Shown here in pieces: positions 1 through 9,708 of a stretch of DNA of 64,000 bases (the first letter of the stretch is position 1; each line of letters opens with the position of its first letter). The position numbers and the translations under genes were made by a program. The notes under the pieces are model-generated. The model ran no database searches. It saw only the letters and a program-made list of their open reading frames with translations, and was not told the DNA's origin. Source of the DNA: Acidobacteriota bacterium (GTDB taxonomy: Bacteria > Acidobacteriota > UBA6911 > RPQK01 > JAJDTT01); the NCBI GenBank assembly GCA_965209055.1, contig OZ242374.1, positions 3,360,001 to 3,424,000 of the forward strand. Reading direction: 5' to 3'.

Positions 1-1
1 G

Positions 2-736
2 TCAAACCTGATCCGGCTGATTCGGATGGTCAAGAACGACTATGAGGTCGGTCTTCTGACCCGCTCGGCAGAGATCAACGAGGAGGCAGGGTTTCAGGTT
101 CTGTCGGAGACGAGGCCGGGCACGACCCTGGGAGAGATGAATGACCGTTACCGGGTCCTGGCGGCCCGGGAGGGGGCCGACTTCGACCACTTCTGCATCG
201 GCCTCGGCGGGCTGGGCATGGCCACCGAGCCGGACTACGCACTGGGCGAGGACGACGTCATGATGGTGGACTTCGGGTGCATCTACCGGCGTTGCTTCTC
301 GGACACGGGGACCACATTCGCTCTCAAGGAGTTGTCCGATCCGCTAATGCGCCGGTTCGAAGCAGTGCGTGAATGCGTTGCCGCGGGGGTTGGCGCCATG
401 AAGCCGGGCGTCCGCTGCTCGGCCGTCACGGGGGCCATGTTCCGGATCCTGGAAGAGCTGGAATTGACCGCGTCCTATCCCCACGGCCACGGGGTCGGTC
501 TGGACGTCCGGGACTATCCCACCGTCGTGGCCGACAACGGGTTGCGGGTGAACGACGACTGCGTCGACGTGGCCTCGGACATGCCCTTGGAAGAGAATAT
601 GGTCCTGAACCTGGAGGCCTCCATGTTCCTTCCGGGCGTCGGTTCGCTCCAGATGGAGCGCTCCCTGGTGATCACGCCGGACGGGTGCCGCGACTTGGTG
701 CCGCAGGATCGATCGCGGCCGTACATCCCCCGCTGA
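2..736 (+). CDS. Xaa-Pro aminopeptidase family (M24) protein, 5'-truncated by window edge
   Basis: Frame open from position 2 (LIRMVKNDYE); M24 metal motifs DFG...SD, HGHGVGLDV, LNLE and LQME. Confidence 0.85.
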   Translation, partial: SNLIRLIRMVKNDYEVGLLTRSAEINEEAGFQVLSETRPGTTLGEMNDRYRVLAAREGADFDHFCIGLGGLGMATEPDYALGEDDVMMVDFGCIYRRCFSDTGTTFALKELSDPLMRRFEAVRECVAAGVGAMKPGVRCSAVTGAMFRILEELELTASYPHGHGVGLDVRDYPTVVADNGLRVNDDCVDVASDMPLEENMVLNLEASMFLPGVGSLQMERSLVITPDGCRDLVPQDRSRPYIPR

Positions 737-766
737 GGGCCGTGACTGAACCGCGGCAACAAAAGG

Positions 767-1540
767 GTGGCTGAACCCCTCGACCCCCGCACGGCCGGGG
801 AGATCCGCAAGCGAAGCCGGACCTTCTTCGAAGCCGAGCTGGATCGTTACCGGGACGTTTCTCCGCCGTCCATCCAGGATGACGATCAGACCCGGCGACT
901 GCTCCAATCGTTGCCTGCGCCGCCGGATTCGAAACTGGTCGACATCGGGTGCGGTACCGGAATCGTCGCGTCGCACATGAAGCGGCTCTTCCCGAAAGCC
1001 GCGGTGTGGGGACTTGACATCTCTCCCAAGGTCATCGCCAGGGCCAGGGAATTGGACCGGACCGGGAGCATCGGATTCGTCGTGGCGACGGAGTCGGAAC
1101 TCCCATTTACCGATTCCGTATTCGACTCTGCCGTGTGCCGATTCTCGCTCCACCACTATCCCGATCTGGCGGCCCATTTTCGGGAAGTCAGGAGGATTCT
1201 CAAGAGGAAGGGAATCTATCTGATCGTCGAGGTCCTTCCCGAAGCCGGGCGGTTTCAAACTATGCTCAACGACGTGTTCGCCGCCGCGGAGCGGGAATCG
1301 GCCGGACACGTGGCCTACTATTCGCTGGAGGACTTCAGGGACCTGCTTGCGCCCGCGAAGCTGACGCTACGGTCGGTCCAGCCCATTCCGCTCCAATTGA
1401 AGATCGGTAAATACCTGAACCACTGCCAGGAGATCCGGAAGACGCCGACGTCCTTTCGGAACCGGATCTCGTTTGAGGAAGGGGACGACTGGTTTTCAGT
1501 CCGATTGCCGGCGGCGGGACTGTTTGCCGAGGCGGATTGA
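767..1540 (+). CDS. Class I SAM-dependent methyltransferase
   Basis: LVDIGCGTG motif I, GLDISP, LPFTDSVFD, LHHYPD, RILKRKG. Confidence 0.9.
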   Translation: MAEPLDPRTAGEIRKRSRTFFEAELDRYRDVSPPSIQDDDQTRRLLQSLPAPPDSKLVDIGCGTGIVASHMKRLFPKAAVWGLDISPKVIARARELDRTGSIGFVVATESELPFTDSVFDSAVCRFSLHHYPDLAAHFREVRRILKRKGIYLIVEVLPEAGRFQTMLNDVFAAAERESAGHVAYYSLEDFRDLLAPAKLTLRSVQPIPLQLKIGKYLNHCQEIRKTPTSFRNRISFEEGDDWFSVRLPAAGLFAEAD

Positions 1541-1601
1541 GAAGCCGGAATTCCGGGTATTCAGCAACCAGGACCAAGCGGGACGGCCCGCGCGGAGTTC
1601 G

Positions 1602-2582
1602 TCACTGGTCGATGCGGTACAGTGGCTCCAGCCCCGCGGCGATCCGGTCCAGGTTCTCGGCGGCGCACGCCGCCCGCTTGCGCGCGGTGCCGTCGGTGAC
1701 CCCGGCGATGTGAGGCGTCGTCACGGCGTTCGGCAATCGGAAAATGGCATCGGACAGATCAGGCGGTTCCTGGCTGAAAACGTCGATTCCGGCGCCGCCG
1801 ATCCAGCCTTCCACCAGGGCCTGCTCCAGGGCCGCCTCGTCCACCAGCTCTCCGCGGGAGACGTTGATCAGGAAAGCGGACGACTTCATCAGCTTCAGCC
1901 GGCGCTCGTTGATGATGTGGCGGGTCTCCCGGTTGAGATGCAGATGCAGGGAGACGACGTCCGATTGGGCGATGACGTCGTCCATGTCGGACGGCTTCCC
2001 GGCGAACTCCAGTCCCAGCTCGCTCACCTCATCGGGTCCGACGTCGCGGATGTCGATGGCGAGAGTCTTCATCCCGAAACCCGGGGCGCGCTTCGCCAAC
2101 TCGATGCCGCTGGCCCCCAAGCCGAGAATGCCCAGCTTCCAACCCTCCATTTCGGCGCCCATCGGCCTGTAGAGTTTGCCGCTGTCGAGGACCTCCTTCG
2201 AATCGTGGTACCTGCGGGCCAGCATCAGGATGAACATCATGGCGCAGTCGGCCAGGGCCACGGCGCTGAAGGCTCCCGGGCAATTGGAGGTCGGCATTCC
2301 CTTCGACTTCCAGTATTCCAGGTCGAAGTGGTCGAACCCCGTTCCAAGGATCTGCCAATGCTGGACCTTGCCCGCCGCCGCCAGGTCGACCATCTCCCGG
2401 GTTCCCACCGATCCGCCATGATCGATGACGGCGTCGATGCCTTCGAACTGCGGGGCCAGGGGCTGATCGTAGTCGGCAATGCGCAGGTCGTGATTCTTCG
2501 TCACGGCGTCGACGAGCTCGGACCCCCAGCGCTCGAACAAACCGGGTAAGGGGAGAAACAGCACCTTCAGTCTTTGGCTCAT
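1602..2582 (-). CDS. D-isomer-specific 2-hydroxyacid dehydrogenase
   Basis: GILGLGASG Rossmann motif, INVSRG, DVFSQEP, TPHIAG. Confidence 0.92.
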   Translation of the reverse strand: MSQRLKVLFLPLPGLFERWGSELVDAVTKNHDLRIADYDQPLAPQFEGIDAVIDHGGSVGTREMVDLAAAGKVQHWQILGTGFDHFDLEYWKSKGMPTSNCPGAFSAVALADCAMMFILMLARRYHDSKEVLDSGKLYRPMGAEMEGWKLGILGLGASGIELAKRAPGFGMKTLAIDIRDVGPDEVSELGLEFAGKPSDMDDVIAQSDVVSLHLHLNRETRHIINERRLKLMKSSAFLINVSRGELVDEAALEQALVEGWIGGAGIDVFSQEPPDLSDAIFRLPNAVTTPHIAGVTDGTARKRAACAAENLDRIAAGLEPLYRIDQ

Positions 2583-2654
2583 GGGCGCATCATAGCATGA
2601 GACGCGGTCCGTTTCGGTTGACGCTTCCGAGATTCAGCGGGTATGTTTTTCCTC

Positions 2655-2894
2655 ATGAAGACGACCCTCAACATCGATGATACGGTGATGCAGCGTCTGC
2701 GGGAAGAAGCGGCCCGGCGCGGCACCACCATGTCTGCTCTCGTTGAGGCGGGACTCCTCCGTGTCTTGGGGGGGAGTACGCGAATCGACGATGGACCGGA
2801 ACCCCTGGTACCGTTGCCCACCTGGAAAAGCGGCGGGCTCCGGGTCGGCATCGCCGACCGCGAAGCGCTCTACCAAAAGATGGATGAGGCGTGA
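2655..2894 (+). CDS. Ribbon-helix-helix antitoxin (VapB-like), orphan
   Basis: MKTTLNIDDTVMQRLREEAARRGTTMSALVEAGL is an RHH/VapB-type pattern; no intact toxin follows. Confidence 0.8.
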   Translation: MKTTLNIDDTVMQRLREEAARRGTTMSALVEAGLLRVLGGSTRIDDGPEPLVPLPTWKSGGLRVGIADREALYQKMDEA

Positions 2895-4651
2895 GTGCTG
2901 GTCTTCGATACACCTCCCTTCGTTGGCGCGGGCTCCTCGTGGCCCTTTTCCTGCTAGCGGCCCTGTCACCTCTGGCCGGATCGGACTCCGGCACGGTCCT
3001 CTTCAGCGACCAGGCTCAGGCGGCCGGAATCGATTTCGTCCACTTCAACGGGATGTCGGGAGAGAAGTACTACTGCGAGATGGTGGGGTCCGGCGGCGCC
3101 CTGTTCGACTACGACAACGACGGCGATCTGGACCTCTATATCGTCCAGGGCAACATGCTGGGGCCGGGAAAGGCCCTCAAGGACGCCCTCTTTCCACCGC
3201 GGGTCCCGTTGCCGCCGAGAGACCGCCTGTATCGAAACGACCTGGAGATCCGTGCGGACGGGAGCCGGAACCTGCGCTTCACCGACGTCACGCAACAGAG
3301 CGGCATCGAGTCCGCCGGATACGGCATGGGAGCGGCGGCGGCCGACGTCGACAACGACGGCTGGATCGATCTCTTCGTGACCAACTTCGGGAGGAATCAA
3401 CTCTTTCGCAACAACGGGGACGGCAGCTTCCGCGAGGCCGCGCTGCCGGAAAAGGCCGCGACCCGTTGGAGCGTCAGCGCGGCGTTCCTGGACTACGACC
3501 GCGACGGTTGGCTCGATCTCTTCGTCGGCAACTACGTCGACTTCAGCTTCTCTCACACCAAGAACTGTTTCGGTTCGACCGGGCGCGTCGACTACTGCGG
3601 GCCAACCAGCTATGAGCCGGTCCCGGACCAGTTGTTCCGCAACCGGGGAGACGGGAGCTTTGAGGACGCATCGGCCGCGTCCCAGATCGCCCGTCAATAC
3701 AACGGTTCCCTGGGCGTGGTCACGGCCGACTTCAACCTGGACGGTTGGATCGACCTCTACGTGGCCAACGACCAGCGCCCCAACCATCTCTGGATGAACC
3801 AGGGAAACGGAACCTTCAGGAACGAAGCGTTGCTGGCCGGCTGCGCCTTCAACAAGGACGGGAAGGCGGAGTCGAGCATGGGCGTGGATGCGGCGGACTT
3901 CGATAACGACGGCGACGAAGACCTGTTCATGACGCACCTGCTGAACGAGACCAACACCCTCTACCGGAACGACGGCACCGGCTGGTTCGAGGACCAGTCC
4001 TCGGGCACCCGGCTCGCGCCCCCCAGCGTCCCCTTCACTGGATTCGGAACGGCCTTCCTGGACTTCGACAACGACGGGTGGCTGGACGTCCTGGCTCTGA
4101 ACGGCCATGTCTCCACCTTGGAAGCCCTGGCCAAGGACAATGACCCGTACCCGCTTCATCAACCCAATCAACTCTTCCGCAACGTGGACGGAGAGACGTT
4201 CGAGGACTTGACCGGCGGGGCCGGGCCGGTGTTTGAGCTGTCGGAGGTGAGCCGTGGCGGCGCCTTCGGGGATGTGGACAACGACGGCGACACGGATGTC
4301 CTGGTGGCCAACAACAACGGGCGCGCGCGGCTGTTGATCAACCAGACGGGACAGCAGCGGCATTGGCTGGGACTGCGGCTGATGGACCGGCGGCTCAAGA
4401 GGGACCTGCTGGGGACTCGAGTCGGCGTGTTCCTCGCCGGAGGCCGGACGTTGTGGCGGCGCGTCCGGACCGATGGGAGCTACGCCTCTTCCAACGATCC
4501 CAGGCTGCTCTTCGGACTCGGAAACGAGACGCGGGTGTTGAAGGTCCGCGCCGAATGGACGGACGGAACAAAGGAGCAGTGGGACAGCCTGCCGGTAAAC
4601 CAATATACGGTTCTCTATCGGGGTAGCGGAACGGCGGTGACGAAACCATGA
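2891..4651 (+). CDS. CRTAC1-family FG-GAP repeat protein with C-terminal ASPIC/UnbV domain
   Basis: Signal peptide, repeated DxDNDGxxDL motifs, C-terminal GSYASSNDPRLLFGLG. Confidence 0.9.
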   Translation: MSAGLRYTSLRWRGLLVALFLLAALSPLAGSDSGTVLFSDQAQAAGIDFVHFNGMSGEKYYCEMVGSGGALFDYDNDGDLDLYIVQGNMLGPGKALKDALFPPRVPLPPRDRLYRNDLEIRADGSRNLRFTDVTQQSGIESAGYGMGAAAADVDNDGWIDLFVTNFGRNQLFRNNGDGSFREAALPEKAATRWSVSAAFLDYDRDGWLDLFVGNYVDFSFSHTKNCFGSTGRVDYCGPTSYEPVPDQLFRNRGDGSFEDASAASQIARQYNGSLGVVTADFNLDGWIDLYVANDQRPNHLWMNQGNGTFRNEALLAGCAFNKDGKAESSMGVDAADFDNDGDEDLFMTHLLNETNTLYRNDGTGWFEDQSSGTRLAPPSVPFTGFGTAFLDFDNDGWLDVLALNGHVSTLEALAKDNDPYPLHQPNQLFRNVDGETFEDLTGGAGPVFELSEVSRGGAFGDVDNDGDTDVLVANNNGRARLLINQTGQQRHWLGLRLMDRRLKRDLLGTRVGVFLAGGRTLWRRVRTDGSYASSNDPRLLFGLGNETRVLKVRAEWTDGTKEQWDSLPVNQYTVLYRGSGTAVTKP

Positions 4652-6420
4652 ACCGGCGAAGGGGGCAACGCCGAGCCTGGGGTGACCGGCGGACGCTCGT
4701 TGCCGTCGCGGGTCATCTGATTCCGTGCCTGTACTTCATGTCAGGTGTCGTGAGTTCCGCCTCCGGCGTCTTTACCGACGAAACTCATGCGGTCGGGATC
4801 GATTTCGTTCACTTCAACGGGATGTCGGGGGAGAAATACTTCTGTGAGGTGGTGGGATCGGGCGGCGCCCTGTTCGACTACGACAACGACGGAGACCTGG
4901 ACCTCTATATCGTCCAGGGCAACATGCTGGGGCCGGAAAAAGCTCTGAAGGACGCCCTCTTTCCGCCGCAGGTTCCCCTGCCCCCGAGAGACCGCCTGTA
5001 TCGAAACGACCTGGAGGTCCGTGCGGACGGGAGCCGCGTGCTGCGCTTCACCGACGTTACGGGGCAGAGCGGGATCGAGGCCACCGGGTACGGCATGGGG
5101 GCGGCCGTGGCCGACGTCGACAACGATGGCTGGATCGACCTCTATGTCACCAACTTCGGGCGGAACCAACTGTTTCTGAATAACGGGGACGGCAGCTTCC
5201 GCGAGGCGGTGCTGCCCGAAGAGGCCGCGCCCCGTTGGAGCGTCAGCGCGGCGTTTCTGGACTACGACCGCGACGGTTGGCTCGATCTGTTCGTGGGCAA
5301 CTACGTCAATTTCAGCTTCTCCTACACCAAGGACTGTTTCGGGATCACGGGGCGCGTCGACTACTGCGGGCCCCTCAGTTACGAGCCGGTCCCGGACCAG
5401 TTGTTTCGCAACCGGGGCGACGGGACTTTCGAAGACGTGTCGGCCCCATCCCAGATCGCCCGGCAATACAATGGTTCCCTGGGCGTGGTCACGGCCGATT
5501 TCAACCAGGACGGCTGGATCGACCTCTACGTGGCCAACGACCAGCGGCCCAATCATCTTTGGATGAATCAGAAGGACGGGACCTTCAGCAACGAGGCCTT
5601 GCTGGCCGGCTGCGCCTTCAACAAGGATGGGAAGGCGGAGTCGAGCATGGGGGTCGACGCGGCGGACTTCGACAACGACGGTGACGAAGATCTGTTCATG
5701 ACGCACCTCCTGAACGAGACCAACACCCTCTACCGGAACGACGGCAGCGGCTGGTTCGAGGACGAGTCCTCGGGAACCCGTCTCGCTCCCCCCAGTGTCC
5801 CCTACACCGGATTCGGCACGGCCTTTCTGGATTATGACAACGATGGCTGGCTGGACGTTCTCGCAGTGAACGGACACGTCGACACGCTTGACGTCCTGGC
5901 CAAGCAAAACGATCCTTATCCGCTTCATCAGCCCAATCAACTCTTCCGCAATTTGGAGGGGAGACGGTTCGAGGACGTGACGGGTGGAGCCGGCCCTGTT
6001 TTCGAGCTTTCGGAGGTGAGCCGGGGCGGAGCCTTCGGGGACGTGGACAATGACGGCGACACGGATGTTGTGGTGATCAACAACAACGGTCCCGTGCGGC
6101 TGTTGATCAACCGCATGGGCCAGCAGCGCCGCTGGCTGGGGCTGCGGTTGATGGACTGGCGGCTCAAGAGGGACCTGCTGGGGACTCGAGTCGGTGTTTT
6201 CCTCCCCGGAGGACAGACCTTGTGGCGGCGCGTCCGGACCGACGGGAGTTACGCCTCCGCCAACGATTCCAGGCTGCTCTTCGGACTTGGCGACGAGACG
6301 CGTGTGTTGAAGGTCCGCGCCGAATGGACGGACGGAATGGTGGAAGAGTGGAGCGCCCTGTCCGTCGACCAATACGCGATTCTCTATCGGGGTAGTGGTA
6401 CAACGGTGGCGGGCCGATGA
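4648..6420 (+). CDS. CRTAC1-family FG-GAP/ASPIC-UnbV protein, tandem paralog of 2891-4651
   Basis: Collinear and near-identical to the upstream gene except at the N-terminus. Confidence 0.9.
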   Translation: MNRRRGQRRAWGDRRTLVAVAGHLIPCLYFMSGVVSSASGVFTDETHAVGIDFVHFNGMSGEKYFCEVVGSGGALFDYDNDGDLDLYIVQGNMLGPEKALKDALFPPQVPLPPRDRLYRNDLEVRADGSRVLRFTDVTGQSGIEATGYGMGAAVADVDNDGWIDLYVTNFGRNQLFLNNGDGSFREAVLPEEAAPRWSVSAAFLDYDRDGWLDLFVGNYVNFSFSYTKDCFGITGRVDYCGPLSYEPVPDQLFRNRGDGTFEDVSAPSQIARQYNGSLGVVTADFNQDGWIDLYVANDQRPNHLWMNQKDGTFSNEALLAGCAFNKDGKAESSMGVDAADFDNDGDEDLFMTHLLNETNTLYRNDGSGWFEDESSGTRLAPPSVPYTGFGTAFLDYDNDGWLDVLAVNGHVDTLDVLAKQNDPYPLHQPNQLFRNLEGRRFEDVTGGAGPVFELSEVSRGGAFGDVDNDGDTDVVVINNNGPVRLLINRMGQQRRWLGLRLMDWRLKRDLLGTRVGVFLPGGQTLWRRVRTDGSYASANDSRLLFGLGDETRVLKVRAEWTDGMVEEWSALSVDQYAILYRGSGTTVAGR

Positions 6421-7883
6421 ACTGGCAGAGGGGAGAACGGCGAAACCAGAGCACGAGCGCCGTTGTCCTGCTTCTGAGCCTGGGCTTCGCGGTCTCTGTC
6501 GGGGGCCCGGCCCCGGCGGAAGAACTTCCTCCCGTGGCGGATCTGGCCCCGCTGAAGGATGAATTCGACGCCACGGCGTGGGAGCAGATCGAGGCGGCCG
6601 TGAACCGGCTGCGCTCGGAGCCCAAGTCCGCGGAGGCCAATGGCAGACTGGGCATGATCCTCCATGCCCATGAACGCTACAAGCCTGCGGAGCCGCTCTA
6701 TCACCGGTCACACCTGCTGGACCCGGGCCACTACCCCTGGGCCTACTACCTGGGAGTCGTCCGCGTCCCGCTGGGAAAGCTGAACGAAGCGGCGTCCGCG
6801 TTCCGCCGGGCCGTGGCGCTCAAACCGAATGACGTTCCGGCCCGCCTGGCGCTGGCGGACGTCCTCCGGCAGCTGGGACAGCCGGATGAGAGCCGCGAGG
6901 CGTACCAACGGATCATCCGGGACCACCCCGGCTCGGCCGTGGCTCACTATGGCCTGGGTCGGGTCCACGCCGGGGAAGGCGATCTGCCGCGAGCGGTCGA
7001 ACAGTTCCGAAAGGCGTGCGACCTGTTCCCGGAATATGGCGCCAGCCACTACGCACTGGGTCTGGCTTATCGGGATCTGGGCGAAGGCGCCAAGATGCGG
7101 GAGCATCTGGTCCGGTTCCGGCAACACTCGACCGGGGAGCCGCCCCGCCGGGACCCGTTGCTGGACGCGATCCAGTCACTCGCCTCCGGAGCCACCTGGT
7201 ATTTGGAGCAGGGGATCGCCCTTCGCGACCAGGGAGATTTCCGAGCCGCGGAAACAGCTTTTCTGAAGGCGCTGGAGATCAACCCGGATCACTCGGTGGT
7301 CCACGGGAATCTCTCCTCCCTGTACGTGGTGCTGCGTGACCCGGTCAAGGTGGAGGAACACTACCGCAAGGCGGTGGCCATCGACCCGGGCATGTACAAG
7401 ACCCACTACAACTTCGGCATGTTCCTGGGCATGTCCGGCCGTATGGGGGAGGCTGAGGAGGCGCTGAGAAAGGCTCTGGAGATCAATCCCTACCACGCCC
7501 TGAGCCACAACAACCTGGGGTATATCATGGCGCAGAAGGGCCAGGCCGACGAAGCGGCGCGGCATTTCCGTCTGGCCATCCAGTACGAGCCCAATTTCCA
7601 TCTCCCCCACTTCAACCTGGCCCGCCTGCTCATGAGCCAGGGGAAGCCCGCCGAAGCGGTCCGGCACCTGGAGAAGACGCTGGAACCCGAAAACGAGGGC
7701 ACGCCCGTATATCTGCACACCTTGGCCCTGGTGCGGATCGAGTTGAAACAGTTTCAGAAAGCCAAGGAGGCCGCGCTGAAGGCGAAACAAATGGCCGCTG
7801 CGTCCAACCAGCAGTCCCTGTTGCGGGAAATCGAGGCACTCCTGACCCGGCTGGAGGCGATGAGTGCTTTCGGCACCGAGTAG
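6417..7883 (+). CDS. Exported tetratricopeptide repeat protein
   Basis: Signal peptide and about 10 TPR-like units (AHYGLG, HYNFG, HNNLG, HFNLA). Confidence 0.9.
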   Translation: MNWQRGERRNQSTSAVVLLLSLGFAVSVGGPAPAEELPPVADLAPLKDEFDATAWEQIEAAVNRLRSEPKSAEANGRLGMILHAHERYKPAEPLYHRSHLLDPGHYPWAYYLGVVRVPLGKLNEAASAFRRAVALKPNDVPARLALADVLRQLGQPDESREAYQRIIRDHPGSAVAHYGLGRVHAGEGDLPRAVEQFRKACDLFPEYGASHYALGLAYRDLGEGAKMREHLVRFRQHSTGEPPRRDPLLDAIQSLASGATWYLEQGIALRDQGDFRAAETAFLKALEINPDHSVVHGNLSSLYVVLRDPVKVEEHYRKAVAIDPGMYKTHYNFGMFLGMSGRMGEAEEALRKALEINPYHALSHNNLGYIMAQKGQADEAARHFRLAIQYEPNFHLPHFNLARLLMSQGKPAEAVRHLEKTLEPENEGTPVYLHTLALVRIELKQFQKAKEAALKAKQMAAASNQQSLLREIEALLTRLEAMSAFGTE

Positions 7884-7896
7884 GATGAGAGACTCC

Positions 7897-9618
7897 ATGG
7901 GCCGTTTGCCGCGGGCATGCGTGCTGACTTTGGCCGTAGTCTTGGCCGGCGGACGACTGGAGGCAGAAGGGGACCCCGCATTCCGGGAAGCAGCCCGAGA
8001 ATTGGGTCTGGACTTCCATCATTTCATCGGAGCTACCGGAGAGTTCTATCTGCCCGAGATCATGGGCTCCGGGGTGGGACTGCTGGACTACGACGGCGAC
8101 GGCGACCTGGACGTCTACCTGATCCAGGGAGCAATGCTGGACCCGGCCAAGGCCCTCTCCCAATCCATGTTTCCGTTCCCAGGACCCGCCCCGCCGCGCA
8201 ACCGCCTCTTCCGCAATCAGTTGAAGGAGACGGGCCGGCTCGGGTTCGTCGATGCCACCGGCGGCTCCGGCGTGGGCCACGAGGGGTACGGGATGGGCCT
8301 GGCCGTCGGCGACTACGACGGCGACGGCGATCTGGACCTTTACCTGACCAATTTCGGACCCAACGTGTTGTATCGGAACCGCGGCGACGGGACTTTCCGG
8401 GATGTGACGCAAGACGCCGGCGTGGACGATCCCAGGTTCAGCACCAGCGCCTCTTTTCTGGACTACGACGGGGACGGCCGTCTGGACCTCTACGTCGCCA
8501 ACTACGTCTCCTTTACCGTCCGGGGAAACAAGATCTGCGGCGAGCCCCGCCGGGACTACTGTTCGCCCAGCGTCTACGAGCCGGTGCCGGACCGGCTGTT
8601 TCGGAACCTGGGGGGTGGCAGATTCGAAGACGTCAGCGAGGAGGCCGGGCTGGGCGCCGCCTTCGGGGCCGGATTGGGCGTCATTGCGGTGGACGCCAAC
8701 CGGGACCGCAGGTTGGATATCTACGTCGCCAATGACGGGACACCCAATCAACTGTGGATCAACGGCGGCGAGGAGGGCTTTGAGGATTTCGGGCTGATGT
8801 CCGGCGTGGCCTACAACGCCGACGGCGTGGCGGAGGCGGGCATGGGGGTGACGGCCGCCGATTTTGACGGCGACGGCGACGAGGACCTCTTCGTCACCCA
8901 CAACCAGCGAGAGACCAATACCCTCTACCTGAGCGATCTGGCCACGGGGTTCACCGACGCCACTTCCCGGTTCGCGCTGGCCCAGGCAAGTGTCCCCTAC
9001 ACTGGTTTCGGCACCCTCTGGTTCGACTACGATCACGACGGCTGGCTGGACCTGTTCGTGGCCAACGGGGCGGTCACCGTGGATGAGAACCAGCCCTCCG
9101 ATTCGGTCTATCCCTACGCCCAGAAGAACCAGCTCTTTCGGAACCACGGCGGGGGCGTGTACCGGGAAGTGTTCGCCTCGGCCGGGGGACCGGGACTGGA
9201 TCTGGTCGAAGTGAGCCGTGGAGCGGCCTTCGGGGACCTGGACGACGATGGCGATGTGGATGTCGTGGTCTCCAACAACAACGGACCGGTGCGTCTCCTG
9301 CTCAACCAGGCGTCATCGAGCCGGCGCTGGCTCGGCGTGCGCCTGGAAGGAGAGAATGCCCCCTACGCCGGGATCGAACAGGCGGGAGTTGCCGTGCTGC
9401 GGGAGGGAGTCCGGCCCCTCCTGCGCCGCTGCCGAACCGACGGCAGCTATCTCAGCGCCCATGACGGACGGATCCTTTTCGGTCTCGGCACGGCTGTGGA
9501 AGTGAAGGGTGTGGCCGTCGAGTGGCCGGACGGCCGATGCGAGGTCTGGCCTGGCGGAGAGTCCAACCGCTATATCACGGTACGCCGTAGTTCAGGACAG
9601 CCTTGCGGTTCCGAGTGA
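7897..9618 (+). CDS. CRTAC1-family FG-GAP/ASPIC-UnbV protein
   Basis: DYDGDGDLD repeats and GSYLSAHDGRILFGLG; start could be 7864, 7885 or 7897. Confidence 0.88.
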   Translation: MGRLPRACVLTLAVVLAGGRLEAEGDPAFREAARELGLDFHHFIGATGEFYLPEIMGSGVGLLDYDGDGDLDVYLIQGAMLDPAKALSQSMFPFPGPAPPRNRLFRNQLKETGRLGFVDATGGSGVGHEGYGMGLAVGDYDGDGDLDLYLTNFGPNVLYRNRGDGTFRDVTQDAGVDDPRFSTSASFLDYDGDGRLDLYVANYVSFTVRGNKICGEPRRDYCSPSVYEPVPDRLFRNLGGGRFEDVSEEAGLGAAFGAGLGVIAVDANRDRRLDIYVANDGTPNQLWINGGEEGFEDFGLMSGVAYNADGVAEAGMGVTAADFDGDGDEDLFVTHNQRETNTLYLSDLATGFTDATSRFALAQASVPYTGFGTLWFDYDHDGWLDLFVANGAVTVDENQPSDSVYPYAQKNQLFRNHGGGVYREVFASAGGPGLDLVEVSRGAAFGDLDDDGDVDVVVSNNNGPVRLLLNQASSSRRWLGVRLEGENAPYAGIEQAGVAVLREGVRPLLRRCRTDGSYLSAHDGRILFGLGTAVEVKGVAVEWPDGRCEVWPGGESNRYITVRRSSGQPCGSE

Positions 9619-9708
9619 TGGGCCGAGTCACAGGCGGGTGCCGTCTAACGGGAAAGAGTGTTGGCAGTATACTGGGACGCATGATCCGGTAGTCGGAAGC
9701 GACGAATC

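Noticed and set aside
2891-6420. Diversity-generating retroelement TR/VR pair
   Set aside because: Whole-gene duplication with mostly synonymous, non-adenine-specific differences; no reverse transcriptase in the window
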